A DNA stretch of 64,000 nucleotides from contig OZ024740.1 in NCBI GenBank assembly GCA_964016885.1, positions 310,124,001 to 310,188,000 on the forward strand, in the 5' to 3' direction. The notes beneath the pieces are model-generated. The model was given only the letters and a program-made list of their open reading frames with translations. It searched no databases and had not been told where the DNA came from. Source of the stretch: Eledone cirrhosa. Taxonomy: Eukaryota. The translations under genes were made by a program, and so were the position numbers. Every line of letters starts with the position of its first letter. Position 1 is the stretch's first letter. Of the stretch, positions 26,018-39,358 are shown one piece after another.

Positions 26018-29000
26018 GTTCTTTGAGTCTCAGTCATTGATGTTAGTTAACTGGAAAGTTTGTTGAAATGAATATCAAGCCACTACCAGCAGCCTCAGAT
26101 ATTCAGGACGTATCGGAGGGTTCTTGCTGTTCCCAGTAAGCATGCCTTTTGAAGTGTTCCAAAAACCAGGGCGGGGCCAATTTTCTTTAACCATCCCTGG
26201 AAACTTTTTGAGATAGTACCTAGTGCGCCTATGACAATCGGGATCACTTTGACTTCATGGCAGTTACAAATGCTTTTTACCTCCCACTTTAAGTCCTGGT
26301 ATCGGTTAACTTTCTCCCTCTCCTTATCTTGCACTCTCGTGTCGAATGGGCAGGCCACATCCACAATCAGGCGCGATCTTTTTTCCTTGTCCAAAACCAC
26401 CAGGTCAGGTGTATTGTGTTCCAATTTCTTGTCCGTCTGTATCCTAAAATCCCACAGCACCTTCACCTGATCCTTTTCTATCACCGACTCTGGCTTATAC
26501 TCATACCACTTCTCAGAATGTGGTAAATTGTTTACTTTGCATAGGTGCCAGTGGATCACCCTGCCCATCATATCATGTCTCCAGCCTTTATAGTTAGTCT
26601 GGGCTAGGAGTTTACACTCGGATACAATGTTAGCCACAGTCTCCTCTCTCTCTCCACAGATCCTGCACAGTTGGCTAGCCTCCTCCTTGTAAATATGGTG
26701 TTTCAGCCACTTCGTTTTGAGGGCCTGCTCTTGCGCAGCCATGAGCATTCCTTCTGTAGCCTTTTTAAGGTCTCCTCTTTTCAACCAGTTCCATGTCTTT
26801 GGATCTCTGAATTCAGTTTTCTCAAAGAAGGTACTATGAAGGGATTTTTCATGAAGGCTGCTCTTTCTCCTTGTTGTTATTTCCTTCTTGGACATCCCCT
26901 GGTCTATTGTCCTCTCCTTCAGTACAATTCTGAGCATTGGCGCCTTACTATCAGTCACGTATTTGTGTAGGTTGTTTTTCTCCATCTGAACACAGTCCTC
27001 TATGCTGATAAGACCTTTTCCACCTCCAGATCCCCTTAAGTAGAGTCTATCGACATCACTCCTCTTGTGGAACATGTTGTAGATAGTCAATAGCTTCCTA
27101 GTCTTCCTATCCATTTCGTTTTGTTCAGCAACATTCCATCTCAGAATTCCCGCACTGTAGCTAATAATAGACACAGCTCGGGAATTCACTGCACATATGC
27201 CATTCCTACTGTTCAGATGTGATTTTAATACGCTCCCTACTCTCCGAATGTATTCAGATCTTATCAATTCCTTCATTTTTTTGTTCTTGATGTCATCAGC
27301 TTCCAGAACACCCAACTACTTGTATCCTTCTTCAGTGTCAATTTCCTTTATCATCTCACCTATTGGTACCTGGATTACGTTGCTTCTGCTTAATTTACCC
27401 CTCTTCATCACAAGGACTCCACACTTACTAATACCAAATTGCATACATATATCATTGCTGAAAATACGGACAGTGTCAACAAGCACATCCAACTTCTTCT
27501 AACTATTCCCGAAGAGCTTAAGATCGTCCATGAAGGAGAGGTGATTGATGGTAAGCTCTCCCTTTCCCAACTTGTATCCTGCTCTCACTTTTCGCAGTAT
27601 AATGGTCAGGGGCATCAGGGCAAGGACAAACAACAGAGGGGACAGACTATCTCCCTGGAAGATACCTCTCTTGAACTTCACGCCTCCCAAGGATTCTCCA
27701 GCTGATGTTAACTCTGTTTTCCAGGACTTCATACTTTTGCTCAACAACTGTCTCATGTTATCTGCCACCTTGAAGATCTCTAGTCTTTTGGTGATCCAAG
27801 GATGAGGCACCATGACAAATGCCCTTTTCTAGTCTATCCATCCCATGGCAAGACCAGTGTGTCTCCTCTTGCAATTGCTCATTACCATCTTATCAATAAG
27901 TAACTGGTCCTTTGTACGACGGGACTTCTTTCGGCATCCTTTATTTTCGTCCGGTAAAAAGTTGTTTGTGTGAAGGTGATGGTAGATTTCCTCAGACACA
28001 ATGCTTATCAACAGTTTCCATATTACGGACAGACATATGATAGGTCTATATTTGGTAACATCATTACCCTTGATTCGGTCTTTCATTACCAGAACTGTGG
28101 TAACTTTTGTCAACCACTCTGGTACCTCACCTGACATCAAGCAGTCATTGAACATGGTTGACAGTCTCGGGTGGAGGGATGTTATATTTTTAATCCAATA
28201 CCCCTGCACACAATCTGGGCCTGGTGATTTCCTGTTGATTAGTTTTTTGGACTGCCCCTTGAGACTTTCAACTGTGATACTCAAATCAGTTTGTTGGTGT
28301 GCCTGTTCACTAATCTCCTGTTGTAGTTTCAATCCACACTGCCTGGTCATTATGTTTAACATCCTGCTCCCATATTCCTCTCCAGAATGTCTTAGTTTGT
28401 TCCGCCTCAGGGATCAAGTCACTGCCTCTTTCTTTCCCTTCAAGTTGTCCAAACATCTTCTGGTTATTGTCAAACATGCGGTTCTGTCTATACTGACTGA
28501 CTCTGCTCTCGTATCGCCTAATTTTTGCACACTTTGCTACAATGCGTTGCTTCAGTTCCTCTATGATAATATTTAGCCTTTTCCTCCTAGTTTTGAACTT
28601 TATTTCCTCTCTATTTTTAGTGTCTATGTTTTTTAGTGTCCCATTCAGTAGGGACTCAAGCTTTCCAATGTCATTTCTCATTTCCCTTATTTGACCATTC
28701 AGTCGTTTCTTCCACCAAGGTTCTGATCTTTCTTGTTTGTTGTTTCCTTTCGCTTTTATGCCAAGTAATTTCCTCACCGCATTTGCTGTTGCTTTGAGTA
28801 TATTGTTGCACTGGTGAAGGCTCCTCGCCTCAAGGTATGGGATGACTTTGTTTACCTTATCTGTTGTTTCTTTTAACTTTTTCCTGTCTACAAATCTTAG
28901 GTTCATAGGTTTCCCACTATCATTGTTCATTTCATCTACCACTAAATTTAGGATATCAACCAAATATTGTCCTAGCCCGTTAGCATTCATCTCCTCAATA

Positions 29001-29335
29001 GCCGTATCTTTGTTCCAGGTATTATTTATTTCAGCATTCAGATCATTGTCTGCTTCGGATGGTTCATCCGTTCTCTCAACCTCTTCACCTTCATTTCCCA
29101 TTGGCTCGTTTGCCTGGCATACTCCACTCTCCATTTCCAACCTAATCTCTCTGCTCAATTCCTTCACTTCCAGCTCGCTTATCCACCCATTAGTTCTTAT
29201 TACCCGAGCCTGCCCAGCCAATTTTTGTTCATCTAATTTAAATAGACCAATCTCGTTCCAGATGTTATGCATCCGTTTCCTATAGCCTTTCTACTTGGGG
29301 TTACTCTACAGGTAACATTGCATAACAGTTCTCTT
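26018..29335 (-). mobile_element. R4/Dong-like LINE subfamily A, nearly complete, frameshifted
   Basis: KSPGPD, YRPIICL, KDQLLIDK, RGIFQGDSLSPLLF, FMDDLKL, CRICG..IVSEC, RHD, HNTPDLVVLDK..DVACPFD. Confidence 0.95.
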
Positions 29336-31060
29336 CTATATGGGTATTTTCCATACAGAGGCTTTTCTTGCCATTTCTTAGCCAGTTTCTGTAGCAGTTC
29401 TTTCTTTGCAGTTACCTTTAACTGCTTTGCTTTTTCTGTGTTTTCCATTTCAGCAGTAAATGGAACTTCTGAAATTTGTAGTCCATTACTGTATCTGTGT
29501 GCATCTTTTGTAATGGAGTATGATCTTTTAATGCTTTCGTGTTTCAAAACGAGTTTGATCATCCAATCATGTGATTCCCTTAGATATGTAGATAATCCAA
29601 TTGTTGCAGTTTTCAACGCAATATCTAACTGGATTAACACACTTTCTCCTTCTTTCCTAGGGAGATATATTCTATCTGTATCTGCCTTAGGGTGATGCAT
29701 TCTGTGCATGGTTAAGAATTTTCTAATTTTTGTATCGAGCCTACGGATCTCTGTGCTTGACCAGTTGATGACATTGTAAATGTATGTTACTACTGGTATG
29801 GCAAACGTGTTTATGGCATCGATCCTATTCATTGCACTCAATTCCGTTCTTAAGATTACTCTTACTCTGCGGTAACATTCCTTCCTTATCCTTTCCCTCA
29901 TTGTCGAGTGCTTGATTCCGCCTCCTTCACAAACACCTAGATATTTGTAAGTTTCCTCTTGATCAAGTTCTCTTATCACATTCCCCCGATCAAGATTAAT
30001 GTCTGAACTTTTCTGCAGCTTTCCTCTGGTGAACGTTGCTTTGGCGCATTTATCTAGTCCAAACTCCATTTTAATATCATCACTGTACTGCTTCACAGTG
30101 GATAATATCCCTTGCAATTGCTCATTTTTTGCAAATAGTTTCAGATCATCCATGTAGAACAAGTGATTAATGGTTTTGTCATAGACTTTATATCCATGTT
30201 TTGTTCCATTGAGTATTTTACTTAATGGTATAAGTGCGATGCAGAATAAAAGCGGTGATAAAGAGTCACCCTGAACAATTCCACAATTAATATTAACTTC
30301 TCCATCTACCAGTGATTTCTTTTCACTATTCAAAAGGTGTGTCGTTTTCCATGTCTTCATACTGAATGACAAAAACCTCCTGACAACGGGAGATATTTAG
30401 AAAATTTCTAAACACTTTTCAATCCAACTGTGTGGCAAACTATCGAATGCTTTTTTGTAATCTATCCAAGCAATTGATAGATTTTTGAGTCTATTATGAC
30501 AATCTTCCAGTATCATTTTGGTAACCAAAAGCTGATCCTTACAGCTATATGAGCCTCGTTTACACCCATTCTGCTCATTGGGAAATAGATCATTTGTTAT
30601 CAGGTGGTCATATGTATATTCAGTTAGGACTGATGATAACATTTTATACATTGTGGTCAAGCAAGTTATCCGTCTGTAATTTTTGGGATTGTTTGTCTCA
30701 TCATTTGTTCCTCAAGGTGAGCTGTATCTTTCATTTGTCTGTCTATCCATGGGACATGTATATTATAAACTTTTTCTTCGGCCCAGATCTTTTCCCAGAA
30801 TTCTTGAACTTCCTCCTTGGGTGGTATTGATTTGGCAGTTATTGTTGACTTGCCAATGTTACTGTAGAAGTTTTTTGGTTGTTTTTGAACATATTATTGT
30901 CCTTATAGAATCTAGATCGTTCTTCAAAACACCTTAAACGAGCAGGTTTGATTGTTTCTATCAGCATGTATATGTCACTTGTTGATTTTATATTGTATTT
31001 TCATTTCAATTTTCTAAGTTTAGTTTGTTTAACATGTTCACCTACTTTGTAGTTTACTTC
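29336..31060 (-). mobile_element. R4/Dong-like LINE subfamily C, internal RT fragment lacking the endonuclease
   Basis: EQNGCKRGS..KDQLL, WIDYKKAFDSLPHSWI, GIVQGDSLSPLLF, NHLFYMDDLKLFAK; homology stops after KPLYGKYP. Confidence 0.9.
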
Positions 31061-31895
31061 ATTCGAAGGAAATCATCAGGAAACAGGAAAGCCTAAGTAC
31101 GTCTACTTGTTCGTTGGCTACGTTGGTGTCTTGATCTTCACCCAGTTCACTAGTTCGATCCGGAACTACATGCCCGTTACATTGATGATTGTATCAGCCC
31201 CACCTGTTTCTCCCATTCCTTTCGTTCTTTTGTCCAGTCGTTTCGTCCTGCCCTCACCCTCACGCCATATGTCTCCAACTCTTCAGTTCAATTAATTGAC
31301 ATCTCTGTCTCTTGACCACACAGAAAATATGTATTGTTTTACGTTATGATATAGGAATTCCTCGTAGTTCTGTCAAATCAAATGAATTCGAAAAAAGCTT
31401 CTGTTGACGGAATTTCAATACTTAATGTCAATTATATAAAACGTTATACATATTCAGTTTGATATGGATGTTATTCAAATAGTTAATTTCATCATAATTC
31501 ATTATGTACTAACGCCTTCCTATTCTACCTGATATCACTTGTTTTTTATGTGATTCGTATTCAGCTAGTATTTGAAAAGAATATGTAATTAGATAGTCAT
31601 TAGAACTATCCATCTATCGACATAATTTCACAAAATGTTATTTCATTTGATTTATTTTACTTGATATTATTTATTCCGTGACATGAATTGCATTTGTTTG
31701 AAAGTTATCTCTGTAATATTAATGTACATGCAAGTCCTGTAATTATGTATAGTATAATAAATAGCATAATATAATTTTCAGTTATGAATCCATGAATGGT
31801 CGCAATATTTCGATCAATTTTTTTAGTTCTGTTATAAAGTCTATATTCGTATCATTTCGAGAAATAATTTTGTTGTCATTTAAAAGAAACACATG

Positions 31896-32280
<385 letters not shown>

Positions 32281-32949
32281 ATAATAATAAATTTGAAGAC
32301 TAAAATCCAATGAGGGCTCGATAAGGATAAATATATATCAAATATATAAGAACCGTTATTTTAATAAATATATATATATATATATGTGTATGTATGTATG
32401 TATGTATGTATGTATGTATATATAAATATTTATATACCATTTAGATACTAAAGAGATATTGTTTCGTTTCAATAATTACATTGATATACTTCTTTCTCGT
32501 ATTTGTATTCTAATATATTATCATATATAGGATTATATATATAAATAGCTGTTAACATCAACGCACGGCAAAGCGTATGTTATGTTTAAATGTCTATTCA
32601 GAACGATTTAATTAAACATTATAATATCTTGCAGACAGCATCACATATTTATATCATTCTGCGTTTAGTGATACTGAATAATTTTTTTAAGATTTCACAT
32701 TTCAAATATAGTTATAATGATTCTGAAAAATGCTCATTCTAAAAATAGTTTTTTTTATCCATTTTTGCATTGCACGCTTTAATATATCGATAAACAAGGG
32801 TAACTGTATTGATGGATTGATAGAGAGATCGTGGCTTCCATGTATGTCTGTAGATTTCCCCACTTTATTTTACACACTTGTAAGTGTACGAATATTCATA
32901 TGGTTTACTAAACAGCCATTTGTGCGAAATCAGAAAATATTTCTGGCGC

Positions 32950-33690
32950 CACACTTGAATAGTAGATATTGCATCCTCCACTCTCGATAGGTTTGATGCC
33001 GAGTGCTGCATGGCTGGAATGCAAATCAGTGTTGCGAAAACTGAGACACTATTCCTGGTATGGAAGCCTGCGCAGTGCACGCTACATGTGAATAGAGTTC
33101 CGCTGACGCAGGTAGAGAGATTCCCTTGTTAAGTGATGAGGCTGAATTGAGTGCAAGAATTGCAGGTCTGGTGCACTAATGCGCCAGCTTCAGCATTCAG
33201 TAATCAGAAGGGATGTAGGCCAAAAAGCCAAATACGGTATTCGTTGCAACCCTTACTTATGGTCATGAATCCTGGGTAAAGAGCGAAGGAATATCATCCC
33301 AAATACAAGCGGCCGAAATGGGATTCCCCCAGCAGGTCTTCCGAGTAACATTATTCGATAGAGTGCGTAGCTTAGAGATCAGAGATTCACGCCGAGTAGA
33401 GCCGCTACTTCAACAAATTGAGAAATCACAGCTCTGATACCATGGACATGTGGTGCAAATGTCTCAGGAAAGAATCGCTGCACAGATTTACGGGTGAAAC
33501 TAACCAGCAGGAGACCCATGGGTAGACCCCGCGCAAGAAGATTGGATAACAACCATAAGCTTCGCTGGAATCGCTTGGGAATCTAGCCGGATCAATTGGA
33601 GGCTGTTGCTTCTGGCATGACACGCTAGAAGTATTTGAGGACTCTGCTCTCACTACCCTTTCGGGATAAGTGAGCGAAGAGGAAGACGCA
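32950..33690 (+). mobile_element. RTE-clade LINE 3' remnant
   Basis: Translates to DRFDAECCMAGMQISVAKTE, LTYGHESWV..IQAAEMGF, LFDRVRSLEIR, VEPLL..IEKSQL..GHVV.M. Confidence 0.8.
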
Positions 33691-33709
33691 GATGTATCTC
33701 TCTCTCTCT

Positions 33710-33765
<56 letters not shown>

Positions 33766-33987
33766 AATTAAGTTAAAAATGTACATCTACATATGCATAC
33801 TGAAATACTAGTGTGCATATGAATACACACACGTATACATATGTAGGTGTAACAAGTCTTTCACTGGTTGCTTTACTGTGAGCAACCCAGCTATTCTGTA
33901 TGTAAACACACAGACAAACCGGTTTTTAGAGTCATACTGGTTTTCGAGGAAACACCTTCCCTCTATTCTCCAGAAAGCCAGACAAGG

Positions 33988-34032
33988 AATATTGAACTAG
34001 TTTCGTTGTTGTTACAACTCATCAGCAATATT
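33988..34032 (-). ncRNA. Type-I hammerhead ribozyme (inverted copy)
   Basis: Reverse complement of the motif at 34343-34387. Confidence 0.8.
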
Positions 34033-34342
34033 TACCTATCTACCGGCCTTTCTGGAGAATTGTAGAAGCACATATCGTTATATGCTTTTTCTATGAAAAT
34101 TAGTAGTGGGCAGACTAATTTGCATAGAGTGTGAGTACGCACCGGTTCAGCGGAGACGATAAAAACAAATAACGAAACGAAACGAAATTTAATTTCGTTT
34201 CGTTATTTGTTTTTATCGTCACCGCTGAACCGGTGCGTACTCACACTCTATGCAAATTAGTCTGCCCACTACTAATTTTCATAGAAAAAGCATATAACGA
34301 TATGTGCTTCTACAATTCTCCAGAAAGGCCGGTAGATAGGCA

Positions 34343-34387
34343 AATATTGCTGATGAGTTGTAACAACAACGAAACTAGTTCAATATT
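34343..34387 (+). ncRNA. Type-I hammerhead ribozyme
   Basis: AATATTG-CTGATGA-GTTG taacaa CAAC-GAAA-CTAG-TT-CAATATT: 7-bp stem I, 4-bp stem II, palindromic stem III. Confidence 0.85.
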
Positions 34388-34810
34388 CCTTGTCTGGCTT
34401 TCTGGAGAATAGAGGGAAGGTGTTTCCTCGAAAACCAGTATGACTCTAAAAACCGGTTTGTCTGTGTATTTACATACAGAATAGCTGGGTTGCTCACAGT
34501 AAAGCAACCAGTGAAAGACTTGTTACATCTACATATGTATACGTGTGTGTATTCATATGCACACTAGTATTTCAGTATGCATATGTAGATGTACATTTTT
34601 TAACTTAATTGTTTAAGCGTCAGTCATACAAAAGTGAGTTACAAACGAAACGAAATTTAATTTCGTTTCGTTATTTGTTTTTATCGTCTCCGCTGAACCG
34701 CTGCGTACTCACACTCCATGCAAATTAGTCTGCCCACTACTAATTTTCATAGAAAAAGCATATAACAATATGTGCTTCTACAATTCTCCAGAAAGGCCGG
34801 TAGATAGGTA

Positions 34811-34855
34811 AATATTGCTGATGAGTTGTAACAACAACGAAACTAGTTCAATATT
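34811..34855 (+). ncRNA. Type-I hammerhead ribozyme (second tandem unit)
   Basis: Identical motif 468 bp downstream. Confidence 0.85.
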
Positions 34856-35143
34856 CCTTGTCTCGCTTTCTGGAGAATAGAGGGAAGGTGTTTCCTCGAA
34901 AACCAGTATGACTCTAAAAACCGGTTTGTCTGTGTGTTTACATACAGAATAGCTGGGTTGCTCACAGTAAAGCAACCAGTGAAAGACTTGTTACATCTAC
35001 ATATGTATACGTGTGTGTATTCATATGCACACTAGTATTTCAGTATGCATATGTAGATGTACATGTTTAACTTAATTGTTTAAGCGTCAGTCATACAAAA
35101 GTGAGTTACAAACGAAACGAAATTTAATTTCGTTTCGTTATTT

Positions 35144-35186
<43 letters not shown>

Positions 35187-35190
<4 letters not shown>

Positions 35191-35365
35191 AAAATGTTCA
35201 AGACCCCGACGGCAGAGCTCGAGCCGTTTCGACGTCTAGCCGTCAAAACGGCTCGAGATCTGCCCTCAGGGTCTTGAACATTTTCCTATTACCCACACTA
35301 CTACCCTAAGTATTGAGTACTCTGGTGCGTTGCGGTCCACCTGGTTCCTTACCACGCTTCCTTCG

Positions 35366-35369
<4 letters not shown>
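35187..35369 (+). mobile_element. Fold-back element family A, copy 3 (variant arms)
   Basis: Same tail; both arms carry the AAAATGTTCAAGACCC variant. Confidence 0.88.
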
Positions 35370-35463
<94 letters not shown>

Positions 35464-35619
35464 GGTATAGAAAGTATTATAGCAAGAAGCTAATATATAT
35501 ATAGGAAAAAGAAGTTGAAAATGCAATTGGAGTCTTTAAAAAGGTTTATTTGCAATAATCTATAACTTTTACAAGTTACATACATTTCAAAATTTAAGAG
35601 TTATAATCATTTACTCGCT

Positions 35620-37060
35620 TTAGTGAAGGAAACGATCTGTAAAAGGAAGCAGATGTTGCATGTACGGCCAAATTCTGACGATGTAAATGTTTTACTTACT
35701 CATAACCCGACAGTAAAATTCCTCAAGCTTGATGTTTTCAATATCAATCAATTGTCTTCTAAAATCTCCAACCTCACAAATACACCTCGGAATATCAAGA
35801 CAACTTATTTGAAGAACCCAAAACAGAGTCTCCGATTTTACTCAATATGGTTTCACAAACCACTAATATAAATTTAAACTGAAAACACTCTCGGTGTGTA
35901 ATGCATAATTTTCCCTGTGCTAATGTTGAAGCATTCCAATCCTCTGGATTTTCTAATATAGTTGAAAAGATAAATTTTCTCGGAGAACATGTATTCTTGT
36001 CGAGATGAATAATTTTAACATATCGCAGCTAACTATAGAAATCGCCAACTACTATTCAAGTAGTCAACTTTCTGAATAAAGGTGACAATCACTTTGAACT
36101 TTGGAGGAAAGTTAGACAATCACGATTACTTCAATCTGATTCAGAGAGTGACAAATTACATAAATGGACCTCACATGCATATGTATAACGTTCGTACCAA
36201 AGCTCTCCTTTATGCTTGCATACACTCTAGCTATCATTCTCGCTCCATCATAAGTTTGTGCGATGTTTGGACATAGTTGAATTCATTAATAAATGTTTGA
36301 ACTTCGTTTATCAGCGATGCAGCTCTTTTATCTTTATTTACATTGACGTACCCCCACCCCCACAAACACACACCTAAGAAAAAACAACAACATTTCTTGA
36401 GGCTTTTTCGCATCGTCAACAAATCGCAATCCACATGAAAATTGGAATGTCATTCGAAGATCCATAGACTCATCAAAGATAGTCGCAACACATGATGATT
36501 TTTCTATCAATGCCTTAATTTCATCTTCAATCGTAGCTGCTATACGATTAAGAATTTCGTTTTGAATATCACTTGAAAGACCAGATTAGAGGCAGTTGAC
36601 GTTTCGTTCACGAAATCTAAATGTGTTCTTAAACAAATATCATACACCGCTGCCGCATCATACTGTCCTCGAAATGGTTATTTTGATAAGCCAGAATTTC
36701 GTTGTCGACCAAAGTTTTCAGTGAAATTAAACAATTCAGGTGGTTCTGAGATTTCTTGTATCTTGTAAAAGTTGTAATATAATTGTTCACATCGCAGTAG
36801 CCGGTAGTTGTCATTAGGTTGAACAAGTGTCATTAGGTTGAAAAAATAACATACATGGAAAACAGAACAATGTTCTCAAAATGGGATATACCCTTATCCA
36901 TTCATTCTTTTCATGATATTTTGAATCAATATAACGATATTCATTGTTGCCCACCATGGTTTGGGTTCTCTCTTCCGAGAATAATATTCGTTTTCTCTTC
37001 TTGATGCAAAATGTCGGAAATTTGAGAGGAAACTGAAATTTCTTCATAATGTAGCTGAAT
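35620..37060 (-). pseudogene. hAT (Tip100/ZMYM1-like) transposase fossil
   Basis: Minus-strand translation: NEWIRV..TLFCFPCMLF (TTF-type Zn-finger-like); SSDIQNEILNRIA..ATIFDESMDLRMTFQFSCGLRFVD (~36420-36585); IAQTYDGARM; CEVHLCNLSL. Confidence 0.8.
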
Positions 37061-37078
37061 GAACATAGAAAAGATGTT

Positions 37079-37845
37079 TCCCGCCGAGGTTGACTTCGCC
37101 TTTCATCCTTACGGGGTCGATAAAATAAAGTACCAGTAATGCACTGGTTAATTGCAGGCCTTGTGCCTAAAGTAGAAACAATTATTTATTAAAAGGGCAT
37201 AGTTACGTCCCTTAACGATCTGAGTTGAAATCCCACCGAGGTTGACTTTGCCTTTCATCCTTACGGGGTCGATAAAATAAAGTACCAGTAATGCACTGGT
37301 TAATTGCAGGCCTTGTGCCTAAAGTAGAAACAATTATTTATTAAAAGGGCATAGTTACGTCCCTTAACGATCTGAGTTGAAATCCCACCGAGGTTGACTT
37401 TGCCTTTCATCCTTACGGGGTCGATAAAATAAAGTACCAGTAATGCCCTTGGTAATTGCTGGCCTTGTGCCTAAAGTAGAAACAATTATTTATTAAAAGG
37501 GCATAGTTACGTCCCTTAACGATCTGAGTTGAAATCCCACCGAGGTTGACTTTGCCTTTCATCCTTACGGGGTCGATAAAATAAAGTACCAGTAATGCCC
37601 TGGGTAATTGCTGGCCTTGTGCCAAAAGTAGAAACAATTATTTATTAAAAGGGCGGTGAATTGGCAGTATCGGTAGAGGGTTGGACGCCATGCTTTCTAG
37701 CATAGTTACACCCCTTTACAGTCTGAGTTCAAATCCCGCCGAGGTTAACTTTGCCTTTCATCCTTACGGGGTCGATAAAATAAAGTACCAGTAATGTACT
37801 GGGTAATTGCTAGCCCTGTGCCTAAAGTAGAAACAATTATTTATT
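37079..37845 (+). repeat. Tandem array of five SINE units (four 5'-deleted, ~151-bp period; last one full length)
   Basis: Repeated core and GTAGAAACAATTATTTATTAAAAG junction. Confidence 0.93.
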
Positions 37846-38557
37846 AAAAGAATTGAAGCCTTATTATGTACTCGTTTACATTTTTACCTAACCTTTCTTG
37901 AATAACTTTAAATATTTGAAATCAAATTTGAAATTATTGGAAAGGATAAATGAATGAAAACTTTACCTTTTTAATCACAAAAATTAAACTTTGCTTCTAG
38001 CTTTCGCTCCAGTGTAAACTGGTCAAAGTTGACAATTATGGGTAGCAGTTCAAAACGAAACTTATGGTGTGAAATTAGGGCAAATAATCATACGAAATAA
38101 ACTAGAACCTGTATTAAAACAAACTTGTAAATCGAATAAATACCCATTTCCTCTCTAAATCTTACCGATAGCCTTAAGTCCTTTGAATATGCATCTCTTT
38201 GAACTCAGACGTACGTTGTAATAAAACCATTAGCGCTTCAGATGAAACTATTTTGAGAGCGTGGCTACTTAATACAGTTCAAAGGAGCAACACGTTTGAT
38301 TTTCATATCTCTCCTTCGCCTCCCACTCTTTTCCTGATCTCTTCTCAAGGGCTAAAAAATAATACCAATGTTTTTCTTATTATGCCTGGAAGGTAAATAG
38401 AAAAAATTCTGATTTCTCTCATTAACCTCTTCCCCTCCCTTGATATTACTTTCATTCTTCCTGCTAAAATGGAATAGGAAAGGAAATCAATTAATTCACT
38501 GCTTTGTCTTATTTTCTCGCCAATAAAACAGTAGCTTTATTTACTTACGCACTTTAA

Positions 38558-38737
38558 ATAATTGTTTCTACTTTAGGCACAAGGCCAGCAATTACCCAGT
38601 GCATTACTGGTACTTTATTTTATCGACCCCGTAAGGATGAAAGGCGAAGTCAACCTCGGCGGGATTTGAACTCAGATCGTAAAGGGACGTAACTATGCTG
38701 GAAAGCATGGCGTCCGGCCTTCTACCGATACTGCAAA
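38558..38737 (-). mobile_element. tRNA-derived SINE with 18-bp target-site duplication
   Basis: TTACGCACTTTAAATAAT at 38545-38562 and 38738-38755. Confidence 0.9.
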
Positions 38738-39281
38738 TTACGCACTTTAAATAATGCCGTTTGTTTACAATTTATCGTAAGAATTGAAGGAATCACGAGT
38801 AAAATGAGGATAGTGAAAATTATCAATATTTAAGTTCATATTACAGAAATCATTTATCCTGAAACAATGTCAGAACCCCTGCTAGAGTTTGCAAGGTGGA
38901 CGGTGCTTTTAGCACAGCGAAGCCGAGGGAAGCTATAGCCACAGAACCACAGCTAGAGTTTGCAAGGCGAGTGGTGCTTCTACATTCTATCTTCTACTAG
39001 TTCGCAGAAACCCAAAATTAAAATTCTTCTTCAAGCAGTTATACAACTATATAACCAGTAGTTATACCACTGAACCGCTGAGACTGTTCGAAAATGTAAA
39101 ATTGTTAAAAGTTATATTGCAATATTAACCTTTGTATTCTTTATGGTCTTATCTACATTACACTTACGTATTGATTTGCTGATGCGTTTTACATCGTTCG
39201 GCTATTCTATCAAATATTAAAGATTATAATTTAGTATTATATATGTCATTATTTTCATTTTTATCTGTACAATTAACTAAT

Positions 39282-39358
<77 letters not shown>

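Larger units (their letters stand above)
33763..35147. mobile_element. Fold-back + tandem element (family D): inverted ~425-bp copy followed by two and a bit tandem 468-bp units, each with a hammerhead
   Basis: Equivalent ORFs at 34310 and 34778 give a 468-bp period; 33763-34187 is the reverse complement; (TA)n at both ends. Confidence 0.93.

Noticed and set aside
31050-31090. Minus-strand CTGATGA hammerhead candidate (also CTGATGA at ~61256 plus)
   Set aside because: No properly placed GAAA or complete stems.
33868-34975. Three copies of a 65-aa ORF (MLYCEQPS...)
   Set aside because: TTG-started, antisense to the hammerhead; a by-product of the repeat with no recognisable domain.
37079-37845. 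CRISPR-like regular repeats
   Set aside because: Whole units repeat with no unique spacers; these are SINE copies in a eukaryotic context.
38878-38985. Short imperfect direct repeat GCTAGAGTTTGCAAGG (71-bp spacing)
   Set aside because: Only two copies; ordinary local duplication.
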